A DNA stretch of 64,000 bases, taken from contig OZ234493.1 of the NCBI GenBank assembly GCA_965153455.1, forward strand, positions 36,198,213-36,262,212, given 5' to 3'. The DNA is from Sphagnum compactum. Lineage: Eukaryota. Shown here one piece after another: positions 1 to 14,196 of this stretch. The stretch's first letter is position 1. Every line of letters starts with the position of its first letter. Under the pieces are notes generated by a model that was not told the DNA's origin, searched no databases, and was given only the letters and a program-made list of their open reading frames with translations. The translations under genes and the position numbers were made by a program.

Positions 1-1058
1 TCAAATTTTTTTCTTGTGCAACCAATTCAAACATAATAATTTAAAAACACTTGAATGTGTGCTTAGACAAGTGTATGCAATGTCTAGTGGCTCATTTTAG
101 GCAAACACAACATTCACAAGAGTCACAAGCAAGTTGTTATAAATGATCCATATGGATATGGTTTTTAATTTAAGATTAAAATTGTGATCTTTGACTACTA
201 AAGTTTTAGTCCCTTATGAAATCTCTTAATACTAAGTCAAAACTCATATCAAAAAATGTTAATGTTAGCTAGTATGGTAAAATCACTTTGAAAATTCAAA
301 AAGAAAACCCATAAAGTCCATAAGAATAAAAGCTTATTTAGATATTTCAATTATGTACCTATTGGGCACACAAAATTTGACAAAAAAAAGGTCATATTTG
401 GTTTGATATAATCCCGCATGAATTGAAATATAAACATAAGATAATTAAAATGTAACCTTTGTTATGAGGTTCGATTGCATGGGTAGTGCTTCATTGGTTT
501 TTTGGTAACTTTAAGCAAAAGTTCCCTTTCTTTAGATTGGTGCATTCTAGATGCATAATCTTGATCATATGTTTATCAAACACTTTGAAATTTTTATAAC
601 TTGTTTTTTATACCTTTTTTTCAAATCTAATTATGCATTTCCCTTGTTTCTTGATATGTGCAAGGATCCATGAATAAATATGTTTCGGAGTATTTTGGTA
701 ATGAAAATGATTTCCCAAGGGCTTAAGCTTTTAGGGGTTACAATCCTATCATCTTTTGATGACAACTTGTAATGACCTTATTAAACATATGAGGTAAGCT
801 CATGAATTGCCTAGTCATAATTCTTGCACAATATAAGGTGTCTTCCATATACATTAAACCAAATATGACAAAATTTTAAGAATATGGTATTGCCATCACA
901 AAGGGGCATTTTCAAAATAAATGTTCACTCAATGTGGAGCTGAAAGGGTGTTTATTTCAAAAATGTTTTGCTTCAAGTGTGCTACATGATATAAAACACT
1001 AGCAAACCCATGTATTTTTCAAATTTTTCTTCATGATGAACATTAAGTATCATAAGAA

Positions 1059-1391
1059 CCTTATGATGTTTATAAGCAATTGGTTTTTGATGTACCCATA
1101 GGTACCAAAAGAGATTGTTATGATCGTTATTGTATTCGTATCGAAGAGATGCGACAAAGTATTCAAATCATTATGCAATGTCTTAATCAAATGCCTAGTG
1201 GCATGATTAAGCCGATGATCGTAAGTTATGTCCTCCGTCACGATCCCAAATGAAACAATCCATGGAATCTTTAATTCACCATTTTAAACTTTATATAGAA
1301 GGTTTTTCTATACCAACTTCTTCTACATATACCGCAATAGAAGCACCTAAAGGAGAATTTGGTGTGTTTTTAGTCAGTAATGGAACCAATC
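1059..1391 (+). pseudogene. nad7: Nuclear copy of a mitochondrial nad7 fragment (NUMT), frameshifted
   Basis: Translates [50 protein letters not shown], then a 1-nt deletion at ~1210, then [60 protein letters not shown]. This matches the C-terminal half of plant mitochondrial Nad7 (complex I 49-kDa subunit). It has no start or stop context and sits in AT-rich DNA. Confidence 0.93.
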
Positions 1392-3379
1392 ATCAGAAAT
1401 AAAAATTGTGAGGTGTTTAAAAAAATGAAACACATGCCCCTTTCATAAAGTGTAAATTCCAATTGATAACATCCCTTTAAATACATGATAAATTTTATGT
1501 TAATGTTTTATAGTTCTTGAATATTTAAACCATGTGGACATGGCAACCTAACTATAAGGGTAAAATAATCACTATCAAACAACTTTTTTTTTTAATGAAA
1601 TTTCCCCTGTCAACAAATTTAAGTACGAGAAAATGTGAAAGTATGGTTTTTGGGCTTTTCAATTAATAGATTTCTTATATTGTATTAAGGGTCATATTTC
1701 CATTTTAATTTCCAATAGGTGGCCAATGATGTAGAAAGAGGTTTAAATTTCATAAAATTCCATATCTTAATAATAACCAAGTCTAATCAAATCTTTTGAT
1801 TGACAATTGCTACTTCAAATACACCACATGATACACACATGTGGTATATATATGTTCTTTCATTACACATTGTCCAATATTTATTGTGAATCGATGGGGG
1901 AGGAATATGTTTTAAACATTAAATTAAATGTGTTATTCAATGATAATTTTCCATTAAACATAGTGAGTCGTTGGAATTGTTCAAAGATCATTTCCAATAG
2001 CAAAAATACAATGGCATATAATCATTATTTTTATTGAAATTATAATAAAATGAACCAACAATGACAAAGGGCTCAACCACAAATGGGCCCTTTTTACACA
2101 TTTTGATTTTTTCAAAGAAAGGAATTTTTGAAAGATTTCTTTTGCAACATCTTTTTTAAAATGTTGAAAATTCCCCCAATAAATTACATTACTTGTGTTA
2201 ACTATTTTTGAATAAATATGAATATTATAAAGGTGTACACATTTTGCTAAATTTTACATTTTGTTAAGAAAAATAATCATAATATCAAATCGTGTTAAAA
2301 TATGATAACCACTCGAAGCCTTAATTTTTGTATCATAACCAAAACTTTGTTCATATGTCATACACATTATGACCCATTCACATATAGCAAATGATTATTG
2401 AAATTTGAAATTTCTAAAATTATATCTTAAAATTTTCAATTTTTAAATTATCACAACATGGTTTTTTCCTCACTTGACTATGATCAGACCCTTTTGGATG
2501 AATTACAACCTTTAAATAGTGTGAAATTCAACTTGGGGGGTTGAAATTTGTACAATATACAATGTTTTTTAAAAGGACAAGTAGAAAAAGAAATTCATAA
2601 ATTTTTATTGGTCAACCATAGTAATTGACCTATGTGATTAACATTTAATTATTTATAAAAGTTATATTATCAAAATTTTCATGCCCGTTGGTGGGGGTGA
2701 AAAAATAAAAATGTATTATATGTTGGATGTGGCAAATACAACCATCTAGGCCCAAAAAGGTGTGAGTGGAGATGTTCCCCATCAAGGACATTATGATCAT
2801 AAGCTCTTTACATTTGATTTGGACAATAACATCTAGTTGTATAAAACCTACATTCATAGTACCCAAAATGGGGAGCCTTATCCTTTGTAAAAACTTGTAC
2901 AAACTAGTAAAAATTAATAAAATATAGTTGTCAAGGGGCCTTATTAGTGTAAATTAATAGTCTCAAACAAGGGCCTTACAAGTATTACACCCCACAATTG
3001 CTTTAAAAACATCACCAATAATACATTACATGTCATGTTTTCAATGAAGATTAGTAAAAACATGTTCAATATGTTCAATAAAATGGCTTTGCTTTAACAT
3101 TTTTGTTTAATCTACTAAGCCTAGTAAAAGGCAATCATAATTTAACACTCATTTTCAATTGGCCATATATGATTTGTCAAGGTGGTTTGTTATTAGTTGG
3201 TTTTAACTTTGTTTTAAAAATTAAAAAAACAAATGGAAAAAATCCATTGTTAAAATAAGGTCTAGTACATTGTGGGTTGAGTAGAGCATCCCCTTAGGAC
3301 CAAAGAAAATAAAATGAAACATTCTAAAGCCAATTAAACTAATAAACATGGGTAATTGGAAGTTTCATATAAATCTAAG

Positions 3380-6300
3380 ATTATCTCTAGCACAAAAGGT
3401 GAAATGGTAGCACCACATTTTATCAAAAAATTTAAAGTACGATTGTTTGGTGATTGGCACCTTAATTCACCAGTTGCAAAATGTCTTATCCCAACTTAGT
3501 TTGCCACAAGCCACAATGCCATCCAATAACATTTGTCCCAACTTGCAATAAAAGGAAATTCAAACAATAAAAATCCTTTCATTGTAATCAATCCACACAT
3601 TCCAAATAACGACCCCCTTTGGGATTGACCAAATAGAATAAAATGTTTAATAAACTTCAGGAAGTTTTTTGTTGAATAGACATTTTAGAATGTCAAGCTT
3701 CCTTATAGTTTTTTGGATCTATGGTGGATGCTTGAGTTGATAAATAATGGTAGTTCCCAAGCCTATGCTAACTTTGCTTTAGGACAGTCAAAAAATTTGT
3801 GTCAAGGTTTTAATTATTGCGAAATTGCTTATAACAAGATTAATTTGAACCTCCTTACAAACTTGGGCCCTCCACACATTCACATCAATGACCTTATGAT
3901 ATAACACCCAAATGAACAAATCCTTCTTGGCTTGGTTATTTTTTAGACCTTGTTTCATTTTATATTGTAAGTTGGAGGTAGAACACTAAGCCATTTATCT
4001 AGGTTGTTCCACAACAAATCTTTTTGCTATTAATAGGTTTTCATCCTCTTTTGGCAATGTAGTTCACTAACAATGATCCATTTACCCATCATCATTATTA
4101 TGGATCAAAGCATAAAGTTTACAAACACCCATGGAGAAAGTGGAATGGTTATTTGTTTGGTCCTTTCTCCAATGTGCATATTCTCATTTTGTGCCATCTC
4201 CTACTAACCTACAACCATGTTCTTATGTTAACATTCTTCTTAATTATCAAGGTGCAAAAATTACTATTGAAGGTGTAAATAAAAAGCCCTATGAAAATGA
4301 TGAAGTCTTCATCTTTGTAAAAAAACTTTGGCAAGAATTTTTTTTGTGATACACATCCCTCAATTTGGACTTTGTTCATTGTTTGTGCAAAAATAAGTAG
4401 TTCACCTTCCAACAAATGTTTGTCTTGTGGGGGAATGAAGTTTAAATTTCCAACTTTTAAAGTAGCCTCTTGTATAGTTTGAGACATGTATTGCATGTGT
4501 AGAACATGCCTTTCCAAGCACAAACAATGGACCATCATGTTCTATCCACATTGCCTTCTTCCCCTACAAGTGACAATGAAATGTCATTTGCATATTGGGA
4601 AAGGATATGTTCCCTCTATGGGCCTCTTGGCATCTTGACCCCCCCAATTGTTCTTTTAGAAATAACATATTTAATCATTACATTGAGGATTTTTGACCCC
4701 ATCATTAAAAATAGGTAAGGGGTTAAGAAGGCAACCATGCTTCACCCTTTTCTAGGTTTTAAAAAGTTAGCAAAATTTTACTATTAAGACAAATGGTTGA
4801 GGTCTTCAAAATAGGAGCCTAGTCATGTTTATAAACTTTTTGTCGAACTAGCTTTTCCATGGCTAGGAGTAGGAAGTCCCACAAAAATTTGTCAAATGTT
4901 TAAGCAAAGTCTAGCTTGAAAAAGATCGTGCCAATTTACTTGGACCACTTGGCCCCTTAATTTTATTTATTTTGAGTTAGAAACATGATGTCCATATTGT
5001 ATTTGGAAGGAAGGTAATTTAATTGTGGTCAATAACATTCATGAACATTAGTTGAAGTATGAGTTGTAGTGTTTTTGCAAAAAATCTTATAGGACATATT
5101 CAAGAGTGAAATGGGATATTAGTTTTCCAATTCCTCTTTCTTAATAGTTTTTTAAATTAAGGTAGCTAGCCCTTAAGTGACACCTTTTGGTAACCTTCCT
5201 CTTAGAGATACTTAGATCATGTCAAAGTAGTTAACTTTTATAATGTGCCAAAAACACACAAAAATTTCCATCAATATGTTGTTTGGCTTAGGTATTTTTT
5301 CATTAAGCAATTGCATTTGTTGTTTTGTGGAGTTCTTCCATAATAATTGGTGCCACAAGAACCTGGTTCATTGTTTGAATGAATTTCATAGGCATGGAGG
5401 CCCAAAGCCTCTTCCCAATTTGACTATTGTTGTTGAACTTAAGTTTGTATTGTATTGATTTTCAAAGATGGCACAAGTTGTTTACAAATCCTTGGGTGAA
5501 TCATCAAAGTGTCCATCATGCTTTTTAAAATTGGTATTGGTTTTGTGCCTTCGTTGAATTCTTTCCTTTATCGTTTTAAAGAACTTTCTTGAACATCAAT
5601 TGCATCTATCCATCCATCTCAAACTATACAAATGCCTTCCATTTTAATATCCATTTAAGTAATCATTTGTTCACCAAAACCTTTGACAACTTCTTATAAA
5701 TAAGGGTTATGCACATAATTATGTAATCTTTCATGGGCGTAGTTAAGCTTCTTCTTGATTATCAATTTTTCCTTCTTGAATTTACCACCTTTCCTTTACA
5801 CAATTCCTTTTAAATCTTGGTTTCCTTGTGCATCTTTGCAAAGGACTTTTCCTTATCTTTTCCTATCCATGTTTGCATGATCTAATATTCTACCTAATCA
5901 AAAAACCAAAATCTCAATTTTTAGTAAGATTTTCTATGAGGCAAATTACACAACTCCACTTCAATAAAGATGAGATGATGATTAGATTTCACATCATTTC
6001 CACAAATGACATATTTGTAGGCTTTGAAAGTTAGCCTTGTGGCAACCATTGTGGCTAGTATATTGATTAAAGCACATGAAACAATAATATCCCCCCTTCC
6101 TATGATTATCCCAAGAAAACTTTAAGATGCCTAAAAACCATTGAGGTTCTTTGATATTTAAAGAAATTTTCAAGGATTCGTAAACAATTTCTCAATTCCT
6201 AGTTTCAATTGTTTGCACATGGATTCCATTTGTCTACTTATAGGATCTCCACCACTTGTATTGAAATTGCCACACATAAGCGATCTACAATCTTTTAGGA

Positions 6301-7620
6301 GCACTTTGATAGACAATTCCATAGCCTACAATGTCTAAGGAATCATTGGCTTCATAAACATGAATTCAAGATGCTTATCCACTTTAAGTAGGCCCTTCAA
6401 TTGTTACCATTGTGTTCTATTGTCAAGGACTTGCACATGACTACACCACCATCTTAACTCGCTTGTTGGCCATGAAAATGCAAGTATCACCTTGTCCAAC
6501 ACCTTGATCATTTGGTGGTTCCCGTGTCTAGGAGGCATTTAAATAATCCAAATGTGAGCCTATTTCCAAACCAACTTGTTTAAGTCAATAACTTTACTAC
6601 CTATAACCTTATGTTATTGCAGCAAAACAATATCCATTCAAGGCATTAGCCCTTGGATGTAAAGATTAAATTTGTGTACTTCATCGACATGGTCTTACCT
6701 TCACACATCAAATATGAAAGTACGTGCATTGTGGCTCCACATTTTGCTAGGGAGACCATTGTTTCATAGTCTTCACATGGTGAGATGCCACATAATATGC
6801 TTCTTGAAGCCCCAAACGTCAAACAATGCTTGATGTATGTTAGGTTTTCCACTCGAAGGGGAGGGTGTCATTAGACCTATGGTTATTGTTTTGGTTTTGT
6901 GCAAGTTGTTCCCTTTTTAACATATGAAACATTCAACGTGTCCCCTTTCATTAAAAACATTTCACCCACTACTTTTTCAATTTAAGCACCAAGTTTATCT
7001 TGCCATTGAAATTTTAAAGATCTTGGCTTCAATTGATTGCACATCCTAGTTAAAACTTAAGAGCTATCTTGTAATAGATCTATCTAATGATACAACTAGC
7101 AACTAGGATTGTGATGCATTATAGATGTCCTTCAACTCATCATCCTTGTCCTGCACTTCAATATCTTGGGATATTTGGATCCCAACTTACTAATTGTTTT
7201 TGGTCATGGCAATTGAACTAAGAATGACAAGTTGGTTTGGTGCGGGTAAGGAGTTTTGGTTTCATATTTCTAACGTAATGTGAATGGAAACTTGTGAATG
7301 CTTTAAGTTGTTACCTTTGTCATTTCCATGTCTGTTCCAAGTATGGATATATGCAAGAATAAGGTGCTAAAACCATCAAATAAAACTTGAAAGTCATGAG
7401 TTACCTCCACCCTTGGAACTTTACAATTAGGATCATCTTCTAGTTATGCAATTCTCCTTTCAATTCCATTGAACTTCCTTGGAAACTATAACATTGCATC
7501 TAACTAAACCGGCTAATTGATTGCATCCTTGGTGTTTCATTAAACCTTGTTTTCCAAACAAGATGCAATAGGGTCAAACCGTGTTAATAAAAGTTGTTGG
7601 GGCCTTCTGAGTCATGTTGT
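3380..7620 (-). mobile_element. Decayed L1-type LINE retrotransposon (ORF2 endonuclease, RT and zf-RVT remnants; probable ORF1 remnants)
   Basis: Minus-strand motifs in the expected order: LMCGNFN (~6280-6262, endonuclease GDFN-like), N*YPISLLNMSYKIFAKTLQL (~5125-5060), IFFKLDFA*TFDK (4926-4889), GVKHGCL/SQYANDISL (~4750-4575, QG/YADD-like), FFDCPKAK (~3795-3770). Many stops and indels. Boundaries are approximate. Confidence 0.8.
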
Positions 7621-8370
7621 GAAATATGTTTTTACATTATTTCATTAATTATGTTTTAAAAATTTATTATATTATTTCATTACATTTTTAAAGCATGAAC
7701 AACATTGGTTATAGGTTTAAAAATGTGCCAAAACATATTATATATTTTAAGTGGATTACTTTCAAACTTATCTTGATGTTATATTGATATATTAAAAAAG
7801 TGGGCATACAAATACAAATGTAATATACAATTTCAACATTATATTAGTTTATGATTTTAAAAATTATAAAATAAGGACCTGAGGTGGCTTCTATTAGCAT
7901 GGTTTGACCCAACATTGTTTTGTTGTTAGTAACATTAAAGGCATCCACCATTTCGATCTCATGTATGTGCACTTGAACTTGAGTTGGGTGGGTGGTAGGG
8001 TGACAACACAATTAGGTGCTTTATTTAGATTGTCACAATTTTAATGTTTATGAATTGTAGATGAACTTTAAAATATAAAATTTAAATATGCCATATTGAA
8101 CTTTCAAAATAATGACATTATCATGAACATATGGTAAAAATTGACATGTGAATTCAAAATATATGAGTAGGGTAAACCACATTTGTTCTTTACATCAATA
8201 TGTTTTGATCTTTAAAAATATTAGTTTCATGTTTACAAGTGGAACGTAGGAAATAAGAAATAAATATGTTGGATGTGAGAAATATTGTTGCATGGCCAAA
8301 TGCTAAGTACAAATGGAAGAAAACACTAAGAAAACAAGAACAAGTTTTTATAGTTGCTTGAACACAATAA

Positions 8371-8952
8371 CACTACTATTTTATATATTAATTCACTAAG
8401 TTTGTCAGTCTGTCCGCCAGCACGGGCGGGGGGGGGCCAGCACGGGTGGTCTCTCTCTCCCTGCACGCGCATCGCGTCGTCCTTTCACTTTGCACCAATT
8501 ACTTTACTGTCTGCACGTGGTAAATAAGTGAAGTAACAGTAGATATTCTTCTTTGTCTCCCCTTTGCCAGGACTAACCTACCTTACATCCCCTGTTCCAC
8601 ATAGATGGATGGATGGATGGATGAAAGTAGTTCTGTGCTTTTCACTTCATCCATCCTCTACCATCCATTTTTGTATTATCTCCTGTACATTACTGTATGG
8701 GAGTTTTCTTTCCAGGTATTTCTCTTTTGCTCTTTTTCTTTTTATTTTTTCCTGGTTCTTTGCTTCTAAGCCATGACGTAGAAGAGAATTATATATAACA
8801 GGGGAACGAGGGGGGATCAACGGGTTAAAGAATCGGAGTGGAAAATGCGAAGGACGGGGGGGGGTCGACGGGGTAAAAAACCGGAGTGGGCAATGGGAAG
8901 GACCGGGCGGGGGGGAGCTCGACGGGTGCATTATGCACCGGGTTCACACTAG
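8371..8952 (+). mobile_element. Non-autonomous Helitron-like element
   Basis: 3' end has hairpin GGTGCA-TTA-TGCACC (8925-8939), then CTAG (8949-8952), then T. GC- and CpG-rich relative to its flanks, with an internal ~54-bp tandem repeat (~8800-8926). The 5' end is poorly defined and lacks a clear TC. Confidence 0.6.
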
Positions 8953-10087
8953 TTCCCATAATAACATGAAACAATTCCTAATATGAGTGTTCAAGTCATT
9001 CTTATCAAACATAAATAAAACTCGTGTTCCTATCTCCCCTTCTTTGCTTTTAAATTTTTGGGGGATGATACAAAACATTTATGAGAGAAAGACACACCAA
9101 TGTGCATCCAAATAGGTACCCACACAGTTAAGCAAGGGTGACGGACATTTTAAAGGGCATAATTTTCATGTGACCAATTAAAAAGTTCGACATGCACTCA
9201 AGAAAGCCTAGTTTATTTCTTTTTGGTTTGGGGGGCAAGAGCGGAAGATTTTCCTTTGTCCCCTCTATGTTCTCAAAAAATTCCCATCAAGGCCTCAAAG
9301 AGTTCATAAATTTCCTAATGTGTTTTCAAGATCTCCCAATAGCACCACACTTTTATCCCATATGTTTTACCCAAACTTGTCCTCTTTTGATCTCCATAGA
9401 TGGGTCAAAGGCGAGGAACTCTATATTTTTATATTGTGAGTACAACTTTTACTTTAAGGAGCCTCCAAAGTTTCAGTAGGTTTTTTTTTTTTTTTGGGGG
9501 TGATGGCCAAATCAAAATTACTCATTACATAAAGAAAAAGTTGAACTTGGGAGGCACTCCCCCATCTAATTCATTGAAAGATGAATAATAAGTACCCTCA
9601 ACAATAGAGGGATAAGGATAAGGAGTGTCAAAATGAAGGCAGTGTAGAAACTGTTGTTTTGCTAAGAAAAAATTGAGTTATAACTTTTATAACTTATCAC
9701 ACATGAGGTTGTCTCACCCTATCTATGATTGAATGTAGCCTACTAGCCCTTGGATGCCAAGGATCTGGTCTGCAGTTCTTGCGCACTAGGGTAGGTAGGT
9801 ACTAGCAGACTGGAGTTGACTAAGTCCCTTGTACAAATGATCCAAAGTGATAAGAGGTAGTCTCTGGGTCGAAAGTCACTAGTCAGGGAGGGACCCATCA
9901 AGGCCTGGTTACGGAATAATAAACCTACTTTAATGCCAGTACCAGACCTCGCTGTTCCTGCTGCTACTGTGACCATGAATAAGCAGATCCAAGGCTTAAC
10001 CATGATTAGAAGGAGCATGAATGACTGGGAGGATCCATGTTTGTGATATATATATTACAGTTATCTGTAAAGTCACCACCCTGTCTT

Positions 10088-10325
10088 CACCCTGCGTTTG
10101 GGCTTGCTTTCACCCCTCTATCCCCTCCTTCAGTGGTATCTGCAAAGTAAGGAAATTTTATTAAATCTCACTACGAAATGCTGAAAGTCAGCATTTACTG
10201 CACAAGGCTCGAGAGTAATTTTAGGAGTTTTACAGGTAGGAGCAGTGAAAATATATGTAGCAGCAGCAGTTGAGACGCTCAAGAAAAATAGGAAAGACGG
10301 GATGAAACTCAGTTTACCACCAAAA
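10088..10325. repeat. Dispersed ~230-bp repeat (copy 1), MITE-like
   Basis: Co-linear with 49122-49350 (ctttcacccc..atcccctc..cagtggt..gcaaagta.ggaaattttattaaatc ... aggaaagac.ggatgaaactcagtttac). Imperfect inverted ends tttcacccc / ggatgaaa. Confidence 0.75.
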
Positions 10326-11903
10326 TTTATGAAAAATTTAGTTTAGGTTCCAGTTTCGTTTAAAAAACATTTCATTCCCATTTATGGATTTGATGCCTAT
10401 TAGGTATAATGCCAAAACTGGCCGTTGTCGCCCCCTAATTGTGTGACTTCACCAATAACTCTAATGTGATCCATATTAATTACTTGGGAGTGCCTTCCAA
10501 GTTCAGATTTTTCTTTTGCAATGAGCCTCTTTGATAATTACAAAACAAGTTCTGAAATGTTGGAAACTCCCCCAAGAAATATTCTCTCCAAACATAGAAA
10601 CATATTACTACCAATATTCAATCACTTGTATAAAGAGGCAAAGTGCTATTGGGAACATGTTGGGAGCACAATGAGAACACAATGGGAACAACAAACCACC
10701 CGCCCCCTCCCCATGCCCATGGAAAATAATGTTTCCATTGCCCACATACCATCCATCCTATAAGGTATGATACTTCCCCACTTACACAGTTAGTTACCCA
10801 GGTAGTGTGAGGTGAAAGTGAGAGAGTTAAATAAGAAAAGTTACCAGGATATACCAATTGTGGCTCATCCACAAGTGAGTCATGAAGGGGTTTCCAATTG
10901 ATGGTGCAACTGGTGGGTTGCTCAAGTTTGTTGCGTTTATTGTTTTAAATTGTGCAATGGATTTTGTCCATGTTGTTTCCAAAAAACTAACAAACTAACA
11001 AACTTTGATTTTGATTTGAGTGATGCTTTGGGGAAAAGAAAGTAAGATGGGAGTTCCAAAAGGCTTTTGGAAGCACTCCGCTCCAACATGCCTCCAGCAG
11101 TCACTTCTTATGTTCCATGATTTGGTTTACACCTATTACTTGTTCTCTTTCAGCTTTATGTTTAATATTTGTTTTTATATTCTTCAGAAACTGCTAACAT
11201 CTAAAGATTGTCAGAGGTTTCCTGAAATCACAACTACACAACAACACATACGGTCCACTTTCATGACACACACCTATGGCTGACCTATTACAAGCGGTTG
11301 GTTGTTGAGATGGAGAGTTTTTGACATGTAGTTTGTGTTAACTTGATGTTCTTTAAATTATGCCTTGTTTTTAATACCTTTGTACATTTTTTGAATATGT
11401 AGTGTGTTTTATATATAAAGTTTTGCAGGGTCTTGATGACTTTCATGGGGTGCTCTTTAGGGAAGTTTAGCACAGTGCATGCCATCCTTTGTCTCCAATG
11501 AGGAGGGTGGTTATATCGGTTTCAGACTCAGCAATTTTGCAAAACAAACTTCCCAAAACAAGGTTTACAGTTGTATAGAAACCTTTGCCTGGAGTTTTAG
11601 TGTATGTGCTAAACCCTAAGAACCTTCAGGGCATTTGAAACACTAGCACTTGGGGGCTTTCTGTTTTCTGAAATTCCTTGTGTCAATTGTTTTCGATGAT
11701 GCCCAATGGGTACCTGATGGATACCCTCCGGGTATCATGAGGGAAAAGAGGGGAAAGAAACGTCAATTTTTATATGTTGTGTACTGCCCTTGGCAACGGG
11801 CATTTCCAGAATCAGGCCTGCCTCATATGCACCCTTATTCCAGTAATGCCCGTGGCCTTGGGGGTTACACTGAAGGACCACAAATATTGAAGTTTAGAAA
11901 AAG

Positions 11904-12269
11904 CAGTGTTTTTTTTTTTTGTTTTTCAATTTTCTCATGTTGCTCTAAAAGTGGCAATGGCTACAAGAGGATTTAGCCAAATCTGGCTACTATACAAATC
12001 GAAAAGTAGAAAAATCTAAGAATATCATTACATGCTGGTGAACCACTAGAACCAATTAGCAAAATATGGAGATTTCATAAAAAGAAAGCGAGAAAAATCT
12101 GCCCAAATCCTCCAAAATTCTTGGTGATTTCAAAACTTTTTTCTTGGAAATGTGGTGATTTTTTGGAAAAATTTACAAAAAGTTCCCTTGACCATGTTGC
12201 TTGGGGCTGTTTTTTCAAAATAGCAAAATGGAGAATTTTCACCACAAAATAAAAAGTAAAAAATCACTG
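11904..12269. mobile_element. Putative non-autonomous TIR element (CAGTG..CACTG ends)
   Basis: Starts CAGTGTTTTTT and ends AAAAAATCACTG. No clear TSD. Loosely similar sequences occur at ~22857-23008 and ~49911-50167. Confidence 0.45.
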
Positions 12270-14196
12270 GAAGAGACTAGTTTTGTAGAATTGTTTTTGG
12301 GTTAAAAATGACTTTTAATTATAGGGAGCATTCAAGAACCCATACTCACTGAGAATGGCCCTTCTTGGAACACATGATAGGGAACAGTTGCTGATACACC
12401 TCAACCAAATCCATTCAAGTGAACCACACACAATCATCCCATGCTAAAGAGAGTTTTTTTAAAACATATATATATTTTTGGGAGCATTGTGGAGTTTTTA
12501 GTGAAAATTGTAATATGTGTGAATAAAATCTTGCATGTCCCAATTAGCTTCCCAAAATTTCAGAAAATCATAACTCATAGGAAACACAGAAACAGAGGCA
12601 TATGAAGCCACTATATCAACCCTCTTTAGGAGCTTCTCAATGCCATTAAGATTTGTTAATTTGGACCTTATTGACTCATCCAAACCATTAGTAGTTTGAA
12701 GTTTGAATGTTGGTGACAACTCTTAGTGACATTTTGTGTCTTCAAATTTCAAATGATTGTACATGTTAAGAATTGCATCCAAGTTGGGCATGCAAGCCCA
12801 ATAGATTTAATAATTGGTTTTGAACTTTTTTTTCAATGATCTAAAAGATGATCCCATATGGATGTGATTCGCCTTTTCAAATCTTGCTCTAAAATATTGA
12901 GTACATGAGACTTTAATTTTTCATAGTGAAGGAATGCATGTCGAGAATCTTTAATGACTCCCTTTGTTTTTTCACACTTTATTCTTCTTCTTTTTTGGGT
13001 TAATTTAAAAAAAGATATCCTTATCCTTAACATGGCTTTGACATGGCTTGGGTTTGGTCATAATTCAAATTATGAATTTAGGTTGCCATAGCCTTGACCA
13101 TGAGCTAGAGTTTAGGGCCACAACAATATTTATCATTGTAAATAGATAATGCCCTTGTTGATATTATTTCTTTTGGAACATTTCACGTTCCATCCATTTT
13201 GGTCAAGGCAAAGCCTCAAGTTAATTTGTTGGTTTGACCTGTTCCTTTCTTAAGCCCTAATAATAAGCAAAATGCAAAATTCAAAACAGAACTTACAAAA
13301 CCATGACAAACATGACCTTTGTAAGAGCAATTATACCTTGCTACCTTTGCAACTTTGATGCTAATTATATTATTTTTAAAAAATGTTGAAAATTTCCCCC
13401 AAGAATTTTCAAATAACAAAAAAAATATGAAGGAAATTGTTGGATCTTTAAGACTATTTTATTTGTCAAAAGTAATTTTAAAAATTTAATTAATTATTTG
13501 AAAAACAAGATTGAAAGCTATTAAGGTATTATAGATACTTTTAAATATACAATTAAAAAATTCTCCATGATGATCACAACCCGATGACTAATTCCTAAAA
13601 TTTTGAAAAAAATTCTTTTGAATCGACACATTTGATGTTGAAAAACTTAAAAAGATGTAATGGTTTTCATGTGACCTTTCTTGCCTTTTTTTTTCCAAAG
13701 TTCTCTTCTTACAAGGCACAATGGATTGGTATGCTTGGCTAACCTGACCTAACCATGGTTCAAAATCCACATGCCTGTTGTGCCGATCATGAAAATCGTT
13801 ATGTGCCAGGTACCAGCCACTGTGCGTGTAAATAATTATTAAGAAAAACATTTTGTAAAAGAACCATCAACCCTATCTTACAACTTTGTTTGAATCCTTT
13901 GTCAACAACAATTAGGTCACTGAATTTATACACATTTGCCCTTTGAAATAAAGTCCTATGTGTTTTGGACTTGTTCAATTTGAAATAAAAAATTTTGTTT
14001 TTTGAAAAATCTTAGGAATGTTTTTTTTGAGCCCCATCCTTTGTCCCTTTGTTAGGTAAGTTTCTCTCGCCCCTTTGTCCCTTGCCAAACCCAATGCCCT
14101 AAACCTCATTACTTAACTTGCTCCAACTTTAACTTCTTTGGTTATTAAGTTAGGATTTAAGACTTCATTTATCTTCTTTTTGCTTCTCTTCCTTCT

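Noticed and set aside
9743-10018. 91-aa minus-strand ORF in a moderately GC-rich patch
   Set aside because: No family similarity or splice support recognised.
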